Source: Candidatus Micrarchaeota archaeon (lineage in GTDB: Archaea; Micrarchaeota; Micrarchaeia; Micrarchaeales; CABMGC01). From it: 64,000 nucleotides of DNA. The stretch spans positions 289,252 to 353,251 of the forward strand of contig JAKASP010000001.1 of assembly GCA_021818995.1 (NCBI GenBank), in the 5' to 3' direction. The position numbers and the translations under genes are program-made. The notes beneath the pieces were generated by a model. It was not told where the DNA came from. It was given only the letters and a program-made list of their open reading frames with translations, and did no database searches. Shown here piece by piece: positions 38,989 to 48,186 of this stretch; positions within the stretch are counted from its first letter, which is position 1, and each line of letters opens with the position of its first letter.

Positions 38989-39598
38989 GCCGCATTCCAG
39001 ATTCCAAGACTGCTATTCTGCGCTCCAGCTCGCTCACGTTATCCTGCTGCTTGAGTTCGTACATCCCCTTGGCAGTCTCGGTGAAGAAACTATGTCCCTT
39101 GATGAACGCTAGCGAACTCTTTAGCCATTTAAGCGTATCACCGATTCCGAACTCAGTCTTCAGCAGATCCCCCTGCCTGAAAAAGTCCTCTCTTCCGAGG
39201 TTCGCGACATCAGCATCTGCGAGTATCTTCTCAAAAACGCTCCTGGGCTCCTGTGGTAGCGTTGTGCCGTATATGATCATGTCTCTTACTAGCTTTATTT
39301 CGTGCTGAGCGTAGCCCGCCCTCAGCATTGCAGATTCTGCAAACTTCGCGCCCTCAGGTTCGTTCTTTTCAGCCCTAACCTTGTGCCCCGTGTCGTGGAA
39401 TATGCCAGCCAAAGAAACCAGCAGCAGGTTCTTGCCCTGGACTCCTTCACCCTTGGCCAACGTCACCGCTGTAAGCTCGACGTCAAGGGCGTGGGCCTTG
39501 TTGTGGTACGGTAGGTCTATGGTGTCTAGTATGCTTATCGCTTCTACTCTGGCCGCCCTGTACTTGGCGTCCCTCTCGAACACCAAATTTTTCTCCAT
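38981..39598 (-). CDS. HD domain phosphohydrolase
   Basis: 205 aa with the H...HD pattern (HNKAHALDV ... FHDTGH). Confidence 0.7.
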   Translation of the reverse strand: MEKNLVFERDAKYRAARVEAISILDTIDLPYHNKAHALDVELTAVTLAKGEGVQGKNLLLVSLAGIFHDTGHKVRAEKNEPEGAKFAESAMLRAGYAQHEIKLVRDMIIYGTTLPQEPRSVFEKILADADVANLGREDFFRQGDLLKTEFGIGDTLKWLKSSLAFIKGHSFFTETAKGMYELKQQDNVSELERRIAVLESGMRLS

Positions 39599-39671
39599 GT
39601 TTCCAACAATCTTGCCGCGGCTGCCCTTTTATTGATTGTGTGCTGTTTCGTATTCGCCGAAGGAAGCCGTG

Positions 39672-40007
39672 CTACACCGGAACCTGGATTCCCTTTGCCT
39701 TCAGCCTGTCCCTGTCGCCGATGCTGTACCTCCAGACTATGTCACCGCGCTCGTTGCTCTGGACGACCCACGGCTTCACCACCACAAGGTCGTTCTCCTT
39801 TATCCAGAACCTGCGCCTCAGCCTGCCGGGAATGCTGCACACCCTTTCGAAATTGTCCGCGCACCTTATCCTAAACTTCGAGGCGCCAAGGACCTGCGCA
39901 ACCACGCCCACGACCTCACCCTCCTGCGGTATCTTCAACTCGTAGACCGGGGCTGGCCTGCCGCCCCTCCCCCTTCCTCTTCCTCCACCTCCTCTGTGAA
40001 ACGCCAA
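39672..40007 (-). CDS. eif1a: translation initiation factor aIF-1A
   Basis: 111 aa with an S1-like OB core (GVVAQVLGASKFRIRCADN...RRRFWIKENDLVVV). It carries an RGG-rich N-terminal tail. Confidence 0.9.
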   Translation of the reverse strand: MAFHRGGGGRGRGRGGRPAPVYELKIPQEGEVVGVVAQVLGASKFRIRCADNFERVCSIPGRLRRRFWIKENDLVVVKPWVVQSNERGDIVWRYSIGDRDRLKAKGIQVPV

Positions 40008-40008
40008 A

Positions 40009-40431
40009 TCAAGACCTCTTTACCGTGTACCTGGCCCCGCACGCCTCGCAGACAAGCGTCTCATAGCCCCTTTCAGTGCCCTCTATGTGCGTATCGGGCT
40101 TGTGGCACTCCTTGCATATGACATAGGCCTCGAAGTACTTCTTCACCTTGTCGTTCAACACCGCTGCCTGCACCTTCGTGCTTATAGTAAGCTTCTGGTC
40201 GCCGACGCTAACAGGCGCAGCAAGCTCCTTGCTCAGGTACTTGGCGATGTCGCCCTCCTCCCTCCTCGCAACGTCCGCGATCTGCGAGAAGTTCCTGATT
40301 ATCGTCTTGCTTCCCTGTATTATCGAATCGGCCTCAGGCACCTTGAAGTCGGACTTCTCAGCGGCAAGGCTAGGCAGTTGGGAGAAAGCCCTGTCCAGCA
40401 GTTGCTCATAGTTTGAATCCAAAAGGACCAC
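40009..40431 (-). CDS. eif2b: translation initiation factor aIF-2 beta subunit
   Basis: 140 aa with the C-terminal zinc ribbon CKECHKPDT...CEACGA. Confidence 0.9.
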   Translation of the reverse strand: MVLLDSNYEQLLDRAFSQLPSLAAEKSDFKVPEADSIIQGSKTIIRNFSQIADVARREEGDIAKYLSKELAAPVSVGDQKLTISTKVQAAVLNDKVKKYFEAYVICKECHKPDTHIEGTERGYETLVCEACGARYTVKRS

Positions 40432-40490
40432 GGTAAGTATGGGTTTTAGGGATTAATAAGGCATTCGCCTGAAACTGAGAGAGCGTCTGA

Positions 40491-40811
40491 TCAGATTCCG
40501 CCGTCGATGCTGTTTATGCCGTCCCTGTAGCCGTTCTCCACGTGTTCGACAATTTCCTTGTCAAGGCCTTCCGGCATTCTTTTAGCGGCTCTCCAATCGG
40601 TAAAGAACTTGAGCAGTTCCTCCTTAGTCTCGACTCTTCCCCTTTCTCCAATTGTCCTAACTAGTTCCTTTTCCCCAACCAATGCGGCCACAACCATCTT
40701 TTGACCGTTGTAACGCGCAGCCCTGTGGGCGTCGAACAAAAGCACAGCTTCCTCCTGCGTTCTTCCCTTCGCGAGACCTACGAATGTCATACTATCTAAA
40801 AAACATTTCAT
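40491..40811 (-). CDS. hypothetical protein (106 aa)
   Basis: Clean ORF with no motif recognised. Confidence 0.4.
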   Translation of the reverse strand: MKCFLDSMTFVGLAKGRTQEEAVLLFDAHRAARYNGQKMVVAALVGEKELVRTIGERGRVETKEELLKFFTDWRAAKRMPEGLDKEIVEHVENGYRDGINSIDGGI

Positions 40812-40884
40812 TTCGTCCTATATTAACATTACCTTGAGAAGCGAAACAAGCAACATTTCTTAAACCTCAAATACACATACGATA

Positions 40885-41152
40885 CCGCAGCGGGGAGGCG
40901 GGAAGCTAGGGGTTTCCCTCACCGCAAATCCCCTTCGGCGGGCCGCATGCCAGCCGCGTCACATCCGCGCATGCCGGGCCTATGCCAAAGCGTCGAGGTC
41001 TTGCCTCCAGTGGCGGCCTCACGTATGAACCGGGCCAGGCCGGAAGGAGCAACCCTAAGTACATGGGACTGTGCTCTGGAGATACAGGGCTGAGCAGAGG
41101 CGTAGACAACCTTTCATGCGCGCTTGGGGCCAGGCAGGCTCCCGCTGCACGT
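40885..41152 (+). ncRNA. ffs: signal recognition particle RNA (7S/SRP RNA); ends approximate
   Basis: Contains the conserved helix 8 sequence CCGGGCCAGGCCGGAAGGAGCAACC with a GGAA tetraloop. The 5' GCAGCGGGGAG pairs with the 3' CTCCCGCTGC to close the molecule. The region is GC-rich and structured, and only spurious ORFs cover it. Confidence 0.75.
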
Positions 41153-41162
41153 AGTGCTTAGC

Positions 41163-41783
41163 ATGGCTAGAATCGTAAAGGCGAGCAGCTCAGCTGTTTC
41201 CGAGTGCGCGAAGGTGCTGGAATCTGGAGGCATAGTCGCGTATCCCACTGAGACGGTGTACGGATTGGGCGTTGACGCCACAAACCCAAAGGCGCTCAAG
41301 AGCCTCTTCGCAGTAAAGGAGAGGGATATGACAAAACCGTCGTCTGTGGCAGTCTCCGGCATCGAAAAGGCGAAAGAGATAGCGATTTTCAACCAGACAG
41401 CAGAGAAGCTTGCGATGAGATTCCTTCCGGGTCCGATGACTTTGGTGGTCAGGGCGATACTGCCTATGCCGCTCATATCGCTGAACGGGAAGATTGGCAT
41501 AAGGATACCGAGCAACGACTTCTCCAATAAGCTGCTGCGGCAGTTCCCGCGCCCCATCACGGCAACGTCAGCAAACATATCTGGACAGGGCAGCGTAACG
41601 CGCGCATCAGACCTCCACAGCAAGATCATCGACTCCGTAGACGTGGTTGTCGACAGCCAGGAGTCAAAATACGGCCAGGGATCGACCGTTGTGGAGGTTC
41701 TCGACTCAAGAGTCAAAATCCTCAGGGAGGGCGCAATAGCGAGCGAGGAGATAGAAAACATATTAAATGCAAAAACCGAATGA
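41163..41783 (+). CDS. tsaC: L-threonylcarbamoyladenylate synthase (YrdC/Sua5 family, short form)
   Basis: YPTETVYGLG signature, about 206 aa. ATG at 41163 is preferred, because the track start at 41124 would overlap the SRP RNA. Confidence 0.85.
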   Translation: MARIVKASSSAVSECAKVLESGGIVAYPTETVYGLGVDATNPKALKSLFAVKERDMTKPSSVAVSGIEKAKEIAIFNQTAEKLAMRFLPGPMTLVVRAILPMPLISLNGKIGIRIPSNDFSNKLLRQFPRPITATSANISGQGSVTRASDLHSKIIDSVDVVVDSQESKYGQGSTVVEVLDSRVKILREGAIASEEIENILNAKTE

Positions 41784-41791
41784 TAACCCGT

Positions 41792-41876
41792 GCTGGGTTC
41801 GCCTAGTGGTAGGGCGGCAGCCTGCTAAGCTGTTTGGCCGTTATGGCCTTCGCGAGTTCGATTCTCGCACCCAGCG
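41792..41876 (+). tRNA. tRNA-Ser(GCU), class II with a long variable arm
   Basis: Acceptor stem GCTGGGT/ACCCAGC; anticodon loop CTGCTAA; variable arm TTGGCCGTTATGGCCTT; T arm CGCGA-GTTCGATT-CTCGC. Confidence 0.9.
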
Positions 41877-41943
41877 TCCTGCTTAACCAAAACAAAAGCA
41901 GAGCAACGTTTATAAAACGGGAAAATACACTCTTCTTGATTGA

Positions 41944-42966
41944 ATGCCGATAAAGGAACGGAAGCGGGAAGGGCAAGAGTTTCTTCTTTCAAAACTGAGG
42001 GAGGAGCCAGAGAGGTTCATCACCGCAAGCTCCTACCTTAAGGACGAGGCTGACCGAAGCAGGACGAGTGTCCCAAAGCTCCTTGACAAGCTTGCGAAGA
42101 ATCTTTCCGAGGGCAAGCCGGTCAGCGGAACTGTAGCAAGAGCGGACCCAGCGCAATTCCTTGCACGCATACACGCAGTGCACGATGACGTCTCGGCCCC
42201 GTCGCAGCTCGATGACAGCGAATACTCAAGGCAGACAGATTTCATAATGGAACTCAAGAACGCCGCGAGCAGGCACTCGCTGCAGCCAGAAACGCTGCTT
42301 AACAAGATAGAGAAGGAACTTTACGCAAATGCTCTTCACATAGACCTGGAAGATATCGAGCGAAAGGACAGAGCCCTGGGATTCGGCTCTCAGTCGACAT
42401 TCGAGACCATAGCTGCAGGGCTCAGAGATGCGTACAAGCGCCTGCTCAAATCCGCGATTGTGAGCCTCGATACGCTGGTTGGCAATCCGCTTGCGCTTCT
42501 CGCACGGGAGGAGCGGGACTCCAGCCTGTCAAAAGAGATAACGAGCGCCCAGATGCATCTCGGGAAAAAGATGGCCGAAGCCGGTGACCTCGGGCTATCA
42601 TTTTCCCTGGATGTCGACTGGTCGACGCTGATCAAAGACGATGATGTGGTCAACCCGCAGAACAAATCAATCGATGGCCGATTCATCAAGCTGCTCCCGG
42701 AAGACGCGGTAATGTTCTTCGGCAGCGGTGACGGAGGCGACAAGCTGGTAGTAAGGTTCAGCGACATCAAGAGCGTCTCGCTCGTTGACGAAAAACAGAA
42801 GCTGAAGAGCATCGTGTACAACGATCAGACATTCATGCTAATTATGAAGGAGATGCTCTCTACGAACGGGTTCAACCCGTTCATGATGGCCCACATGCTT
42901 TACGAGATGAAGGACAGCATCGTCAACAAGGGCGTTAGGCCTCTAGTCAACACTGGCAGGATGTAG
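41944..42966 (+). CDS. hypothetical protein (340 aa)
   Basis: Clean ORF with a TATA-like CGTTTATAAAACG about 30 nt upstream. No motif recognised. Confidence 0.5.
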   Translation: MPIKERKREGQEFLLSKLREEPERFITASSYLKDEADRSRTSVPKLLDKLAKNLSEGKPVSGTVARADPAQFLARIHAVHDDVSAPSQLDDSEYSRQTDFIMELKNAASRHSLQPETLLNKIEKELYANALHIDLEDIERKDRALGFGSQSTFETIAAGLRDAYKRLLKSAIVSLDTLVGNPLALLAREERDSSLSKEITSAQMHLGKKMAEAGDLGLSFSLDVDWSTLIKDDDVVNPQNKSIDGRFIKLLPEDAVMFFGSGDGGDKLVVRFSDIKSVSLVDEKQKLKSIVYNDQTFMLIMKEMLSTNGFNPFMMAHMLYEMKDSIVNKGVRPLVNTGRM

Positions 42967-42968
42967 TT

Positions 42969-43454
42969 TCACCACGCGAATGTCCTTTCCATCAGGAAAT
43001 CGTAGTTGTCGCGCTTTCCCTTCTCATTCTTTATATCGCCTGCATGCCTCTCACAGAGGTAGATGCTCTTTCCGTTCCTCAGCGTGATCAGCATGTTCGC
43101 TAGCGTGTATGCGCTTTCGTCGTGCATGCAGAAATCGCAGCACGTATATGACAGCATCACCTCCTTAGGCTCGGTTATCCCCGTGATGTCCTTGACGAGC
43201 TTGGCGATGACCCCCTGGACAACGTACGCCCTTCCGCACTCTTTGCATTCCACCACTCCGTACCATTCGAATGGCATCCTGCCCTTGTATTCGAGCGTGA
43301 ACTGCTTGCCGTTCAGGCTTGCGCTCACCTTCAGATCTGGGTTGCGAGCGTAGTAGGCTTCATGCTCCGTATCCTTCAGGCAAAAGGGGCAGCGCCTTAT
43401 GATCAGCATCGTGCGCTGGAGTTCCAGCTTCTTCTTCTCAGAGACTACGGCCAT
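42969..43454 (-). CDS. multi-CxxC zinc-ribbon protein (161 aa)
   Basis: Contains CPFC...CKECG...CCDFC...C..H, suggesting two zinc-binding modules. Confidence 0.45.
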   Translation of the reverse strand: MAVVSEKKKLELQRTMLIIRRCPFCLKDTEHEAYYARNPDLKVSASLNGKQFTLEYKGRMPFEWYGVVECKECGRAYVVQGVIAKLVKDITGITEPKEVMLSYTCCDFCMHDESAYTLANMLITLRNGKSIYLCERHAGDIKNEKGKRDNYDFLMERTFAW

Positions 43455-43510
43455 CGAATCCCGCTTGCGCTAGCAAGCAATAACTTTCTTAGTAATAAGA
43501 AAAGTTAAGC

Positions 43511-43798
43511 CTATGCTGACGCAGTCGCTGGCTCGCCGATTGCGAACCTGGTCCTTACGTCGGTTACCTTCACTGTCAGTTTGTCTCCAGGCTTAGCGCC
43601 CTTGACGAAGATGACAAAGCCGTCCTTCTTGGCTATGCCGTCCCCTCTCGAGGCCATTCCTTCTATAGTCACTTCCAGTACGTCTCCGACCTTGACAGGC
43701 TTGGGCAGGAAATAGTTAGGGTTCATTCCCCTTCTTTCTCCTCTGTCTCCTCCTCTGTCTCCTCTGCCACGTCCTCCTTCTTCTTCTCCGTATGTCAT
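43511..43798 (-). CDS. TRAM domain RNA-binding protein with an RGG-rich N-terminal tail
   Basis: 95 aa with a TRAM OB core (VGDVLEVTIEGMASRGDGIAKKDGFVIFVKGAKPGDKLTVKVTDV). Confidence 0.75.
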   Translation of the reverse strand: MTYGEEEGGRGRGDRGGDRGERRGMNPNYFLPKPVKVGDVLEVTIEGMASRGDGIAKKDGFVIFVKGAKPGDKLTVKVTDVRTRFAIGEPATASA

Positions 43799-43882
43799 TT
43801 CATTTCCTCCGCAGAATTAGTTTCCGCAGTGATTGTTATTTGGTTCGCGCCTATATAAATCTATGTTTTTGTCGTCAGTAAG

Positions 43883-44521
43883 TCACTCTCCTTCCCGCAG
43901 CGCCTGGAAGAAAGAGGACAGGCGCGGAAATACGTGCTCCGGGTTCTCTACGCTGAGCGACTCCAGGGAACCTATGCCATCTGCCACGCCGCACGAGTCC
44001 ATTCCCGCGAGCTTCGCTGTCAGTATGTCTCCTGCCATGTCGCCAACGTACAGGCACTTCTCCTTTGGGACACGCAGCCTGTCTGTAAGCAGCAGAAGGC
44101 CAGTCGGGTTCGGCTTGTAGCGGCTTATGGATTCCGCGCTGAGCGCGAAGTCCACGTAGTCGCGGACTCCCAACTGCTTTGTCTCGCTGAGCAGCCTATA
44201 CGCCTTCGAGTCGCTGAAGATCGCGATCTTCTTGCCCTTCCCCTTAAGGAACTTCAGGAGTTCCAGGGCGCCAGGCTTGAGCTTCGGCCTGAAGATGAGC
44301 GAGTACGCATCGTCAAACAGTGAGTAGATCTTGCTCGTCTCCTCCTTGACCGCCACGCCCTCCGTTGAGAAGTTCGATGGTGCCGATTTTCTCAGCGTCT
44401 CAGCGCTCCTGTGCTTTCCGCGCCTGCTAGCCATGTACAGCAGCGTTACAAGTAGCGTAGAGGTGGTCAGCGTGTGGTCCCAATCGAAGATGAACAGCTC
44501 GTAATGAGAGAGAAGCCGCAT
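43883..44521 (-). CDS. HAD superfamily hydrolase (phosphoglycolate phosphatase-like)
   Basis: Motif I FDWDHTL (DxDxT) and motif IV VGDMAGD. ATG at 44521 is preferred, because the track extension to 44731 overlaps the neighbouring gene. Confidence 0.75.
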   Translation of the reverse strand: MRLLSHYELFIFDWDHTLTTSTLLVTLLYMASRRGKHRSAETLRKSAPSNFSTEGVAVKEETSKIYSLFDDAYSLIFRPKLKPGALELLKFLKGKGKKIAIFSDSKAYRLLSETKQLGVRDYVDFALSAESISRYKPNPTGLLLLTDRLRVPKEKCLYVGDMAGDILTAKLAGMDSCGVADGIGSLESLSVENPEHVFPRLSSFFQALREGE

Positions 44522-44627
44522 AGGGTTAATAATCCTGTTTAACGAATAAAAGGATATGTGATGACAAAGGTGATCGCTGAGCTTCGGCGATGACGAGAGA
44601 TAGGCGGTCTGATACTTTGGTGTTCGC

Positions 44628-45500
44628 GTGCAGGTTGGGGGAAGTGGTGTGCTCAAAAAGCTCGGAAAGAGCTCGATCCTAGTGACCGACATCGCGAACC
44701 AGTTCTGGTGCGAGAGGCAGATGGAGTTCAACTACCTCTACGGCAAGAAGTACACAAAATACATGGCGCAGGGCAAGCAGCTCCACGAGGCGCTGCAGGA
44801 CGAGGTCTACGTGCCCCTCACGATAGAGCCCGTGACGTACATGGACGTCATGTACAAGACAGCGTACGAGAACTACCGTTCGCTGCTCTCGCTCAAGGAG
44901 AAGGGCATATGCAGGGAGCTGCGCGTCTACGGCTCGCTAAACGGCTACAGGCTCTCTGGCCAGATAGATGAGATGAAGGTTGTTGGTGGGAAGGCGAAGG
45001 TCATAGAGAGGAAGACGACCGACGCGAGCAGGAAGCTTACGGAGGTCTATACCAGGCCGCACGTGATGCAGGTGCGGCTCTACAGGAAGATGCTCGGTGA
45101 CATAAGGGCCAAAAAATACACGCACGACAACTTCGTAAACATATACGGGTTGAAGAAGGACGGCCTTTCAGAAACGTTTCGGCGCGAGCTGCATGCGATG
45201 GGCATAAAGGACGAACTCGCGAATCCGTATTCCATGTCCGAGCTCATGTTCAACGCACTTTACTCTATTCCTGATCTGAGCGACAGGCTCGAGGTGGCAT
45301 ACGTTGACAGGTTCAGCGGAAAGCAGATAAGCAGCATGGAGATAGATTACAACGAGGAGAAGATGTCCGTAGACATTGCCTATGCGCTCAAGTTCTGGAA
45401 CGGCGAGCGCGAGTCAGCGCCGGTCGTGGAATCTGAGAAATGGAAGTGCAACTTCTGCAAGTTCTTCGGGAAAGAATGCAAGGTCTGGTGGACTGGTTGA
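44628..45500 (+). CDS. stand-alone Cas4/RecB-like PD-(D/E)XK exonuclease with a 4-Cys Fe-S cluster
   Basis: N-terminal Cys (FWCERQ), GQIDEM, VIERKT (ExK), HVMQVRLY (QxxxY) and C-terminal CNFCKFFGKEC. The start is uncertain. Confidence 0.65.
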   Translation: MQVGGSGVLKKLGKSSILVTDIANQFWCERQMEFNYLYGKKYTKYMAQGKQLHEALQDEVYVPLTIEPVTYMDVMYKTAYENYRSLLSLKEKGICRELRVYGSLNGYRLSGQIDEMKVVGGKAKVIERKTTDASRKLTEVYTRPHVMQVRLYRKMLGDIRAKKYTHDNFVNIYGLKKDGLSETFRRELHAMGIKDELANPYSMSELMFNALYSIPDLSDRLEVAYVDRFSGKQISSMEIDYNEEKMSVDIAYALKFWNGERESAPVVESEKWKCNFCKFFGKECKVWWTG

Positions 45501-45501
45501 G

Positions 45502-48186
45502 ATGCTCAGCATAGACGGCCATAAGCTTAGCAAAGGTGCGTTGCTCGCTGAGTTTGGCAAGAGCCCAAAGGAGTACTACGCTACAAAGATCTTCGAGGAG
45601 AAAGGGTTTAGCAGGCAGAAGTGCAGCCTGTGCGGCAAATGGTTCTGGGCGATAGGCGAGACGAACAACTGCGGCGACGCGGCCCATACGCCATACTCTT
45701 TCTTCAAGGAGAAACCAAACGCCATAAGCTACACCGAGTTCTGGAACAGGTTCTCCGGTTTCTTCAAGAGAAACGGACATGCTATAGTGAAGAGGTACCC
45801 GGTCGTGAGCAGGTGGCGCCAGGACCTCTACTTCACAATAGCCGGCATACAGGACTTCCAAAGGATAGAGAACGGCAAGATGAGCTTCGAGTACAGCGCG
45901 AACCCGCTCCTGGTCCCGCAGCCCTGCCTCAGGTTCAAGGACATAGAGAACGTGGGCGTTACCGGCAGGCACTTCACCACTTTCGTGATGGCGAACCAGA
46001 CCTCGTTCAACTATCCCAAGGAGGGCTACTGGCGCGACAAGACCATAGAGCTCAACTTCAACTTCCTGACAAAGGTCATGGGCATAGAGCCAGAGGAGAT
46101 AAGGTACCAGGAGGACGTCTGGGCCATGCCCGACTTCTCAGAGTTCGGCCCGAGCCTCGAGTTCTTCTCGAAAGGTGCGGAACTTGGAAACAACGTCTTT
46201 ACGCAATTCGAGCTTTCTGGCGGCAAGGTGCAGGAGCTGGCTGGCAAGGTGGTGGACACGGGCTGGGGCTTCGAGCGCAACTTCTGGTTCTACACGGGGT
46301 TCAGCACAGCCTATGAGGCCGTCTTCAGCAGGACGCTCTCTAAGATAGAGAACGAGCTCAACATAGAGTTCGACACCAACTTCTACTCGAAGTTCGCCAA
46401 GTACGGAGGCACGCTCAATATGGAGGAAGTGCGCGACATAGCAGAAGCGGAAAGGCGAGTGCTCAGGGAGGCGAAGATCACTCCGCACGATTACGAGAAG
46501 AAGATAAAGCCAATGCAGGCGGTGTACGCACTCCTGGACCACACACGAACACTGCTCTTCGCAATAACCGACGGCTCGCTGCCGTCGAACGTCGGCGGCG
46601 GCTACAACCTCAGGATACTCCTGAGGCGGGCCTTCGACTTCATAGACGAGTACGGGTTCAGGGTTGACATGCGCACCCTTGCTGAGCTGATAGCGGAGGA
46701 GCTCAAGCCGATGTACCCCGAGCTTTCGACGAAGCACGACATCTTCGAAAAGGTCGTGCAGGTCGAGCGGGACAGGTACGAACGCGCAAGAGAGGGGGCG
46801 AAGCGCGCGGTCGAGGTCCTGCTCGAGAAGGGCAACAGGATATCGCTCGAGCAGATGCGAACGCTCTACGAGAGCCAGGGGGCGACCCCAGAGCTGATAG
46901 CAAAGGTCGCAGCTGAAAAGAAGGTCAAGATAGAGATGCCAGAGGGCGCGTACACCGAGTTCGTGAAGGGCGATATGGCCAAGAAGGAGAAGCACATCGC
47001 CCATGATGTGGATCTCCCAAGGAGCCTGCCCCCTACAAAGAAGCTCTACTACGATTTTACAACGAGATCCAAGGCGAAGGTGCTCTTCGCAAAGGGCAAC
47101 CACTTCGTGCTCGACAAGACACCGTTCTACCCAGAGGGCGGTGGCCAGGTCGCCGACTCCGGAACAGTCGACGGCATAAGGATCTCCGACGTGCAGAAGG
47201 TAGGAGACGTGATCGTTCACTTCACAGAGAAGAATTCAGGGCTTAAGAAGGGCGAGATCGTCGAGGCGGAGGTCGATGAGCAGCGCAGGAACGCGATAGT
47301 AGCGCACCACACCGCTACGCACCTGATAAGCGCGGCCGCGAGAAAGGTGCTGGGCGAGCACGCGTGGCAGGAAGGTGCAAAGAAGGAACCGGGCAAGGCG
47401 CACATAGACATAGCACATTACGACAAGCTCACAGAGCAGGACGTTAATGCGATAGAGACGATGGTCAACGCATGGCTCTTCAACGGGATAAGGGTGCATG
47501 CCGAGGAGCTGAGCAGGGGCGACGCCGAAGAAAAGTACGGATTTTCCATATACCAGGGCCACGGGGCTCCGGCAAAGAAGATGAGGATAGTCACGATCAG
47601 GAACAGGGAGAACAAACTGATAGACGCGGAGGCGTGCGGTGGCATACACGCGGTCGGGAGGGAGAACCTGCTCGGCATAGTGAGCATAATCGGCACAGCA
47701 AGGATACACGACGGCATCGACAGGATTGAGTTCGTGGCCGGACCGGCGGCGCTCAAGCGCTTCGAGGAGATGCACAGGCAGCTCGACTCGCTCTCGAAGA
47801 TGTTCAACGTAGAGCCCAGCGCAGTAGCCGAGAAGATCGGCGCGCAGCAGGAGGAGCTCAGGGCGCTGCACAAGCAGACCGAGAAGAGCGGCGAGTTGCT
47901 AGCCACAAGCATAGCAGAGTCCATTCCCGACGAGGAGACGATAGAGCGCGAGCTCGAAGTTGACAGGAGGATGATGATAAAGATAGCGGATCTGCTTGTT
48001 AAGAGGAACAACGACGCTGTCGTGCTGCTCAGGAACAAGGAGGGCATAGTGATCTGCGTGGCAGGACCATCATCGAAGAAGAACGCCGCGGAGGTGCTCG
48101 CCTCGAAGCTGAAGGGCCAGAAATTCCAAGGAGGCGGCTCGAAGAGGTTTGCCGAGGCGCGGGTCGAGCGGAAGGAGGCGCATTGA
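45502..48186 (+). CDS. alaS: alanine--tRNA ligase
   Basis: About 894 aa from the ATG at 45502, with an archaeal AlaRS N-terminus, editing-domain HxxxH (HHTATHL) and CGGIH. The track ORF from 45376 overlaps the upstream gene. Confidence 0.95.
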   Translation: MLSIDGHKLSKGALLAEFGKSPKEYYATKIFEEKGFSRQKCSLCGKWFWAIGETNNCGDAAHTPYSFFKEKPNAISYTEFWNRFSGFFKRNGHAIVKRYPVVSRWRQDLYFTIAGIQDFQRIENGKMSFEYSANPLLVPQPCLRFKDIENVGVTGRHFTTFVMANQTSFNYPKEGYWRDKTIELNFNFLTKVMGIEPEEIRYQEDVWAMPDFSEFGPSLEFFSKGAELGNNVFTQFELSGGKVQELAGKVVDTGWGFERNFWFYTGFSTAYEAVFSRTLSKIENELNIEFDTNFYSKFAKYGGTLNMEEVRDIAEAERRVLREAKITPHDYEKKIKPMQAVYALLDHTRTLLFAITDGSLPSNVGGGYNLRILLRRAFDFIDEYGFRVDMRTLAELIAEELKPMYPELSTKHDIFEKVVQVERDRYERAREGAKRAVEVLLEKGNRISLEQMRTLYESQGATPELIAKVAAEKKVKIEMPEGAYTEFVKGDMAKKEKHIAHDVDLPRSLPPTKKLYYDFTTRSKAKVLFAKGNHFVLDKTPFYPEGGGQVADSGTVDGIRISDVQKVGDVIVHFTEKNSGLKKGEIVEAEVDEQRRNAIVAHHTATHLISAAARKVLGEHAWQEGAKKEPGKAHIDIAHYDKLTEQDVNAIETMVNAWLFNGIRVHAEELSRGDAEEKYGFSIYQGHGAPAKKMRIVTIRNRENKLIDAEACGGIHAVGRENLLGIVSIIGTARIHDGIDRIEFVAGPAALKRFEEMHRQLDSLSKMFNVEPSAVAEKIGAQQEELRALHKQTEKSGELLATSIAESIPDEETIERELEVDRRMMIKIADLLVKRNNDAVVLLRNKEGIVICVAGPSSKKNAAEVLASKLKGQKFQGGGSKRFAEARVERKEAH

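Noticed and set aside
40906-41761. Minus-strand ORFs 40906-41109 and 41114-41761, and the 5' part of the + ORF starting at 41124.
   Set aside because: They overlap the SRP RNA and the YrdC/Sua5 gene. The SRP helix 8 motif and the YPTETVYGLG signature explain the region better.
45376-45501. N-terminal extensions of track ORFs: alaS from 45376, HAD to 44731, thpR to 58457, the ICMT-like gene to 38399, and the csaA ORF from 57901.
   Set aside because: The extensions overlap neighbouring supported genes and have Ser/Pro/Leu-rich, non-conserved-looking sequence. Internal start codons give the canonical N-termini.
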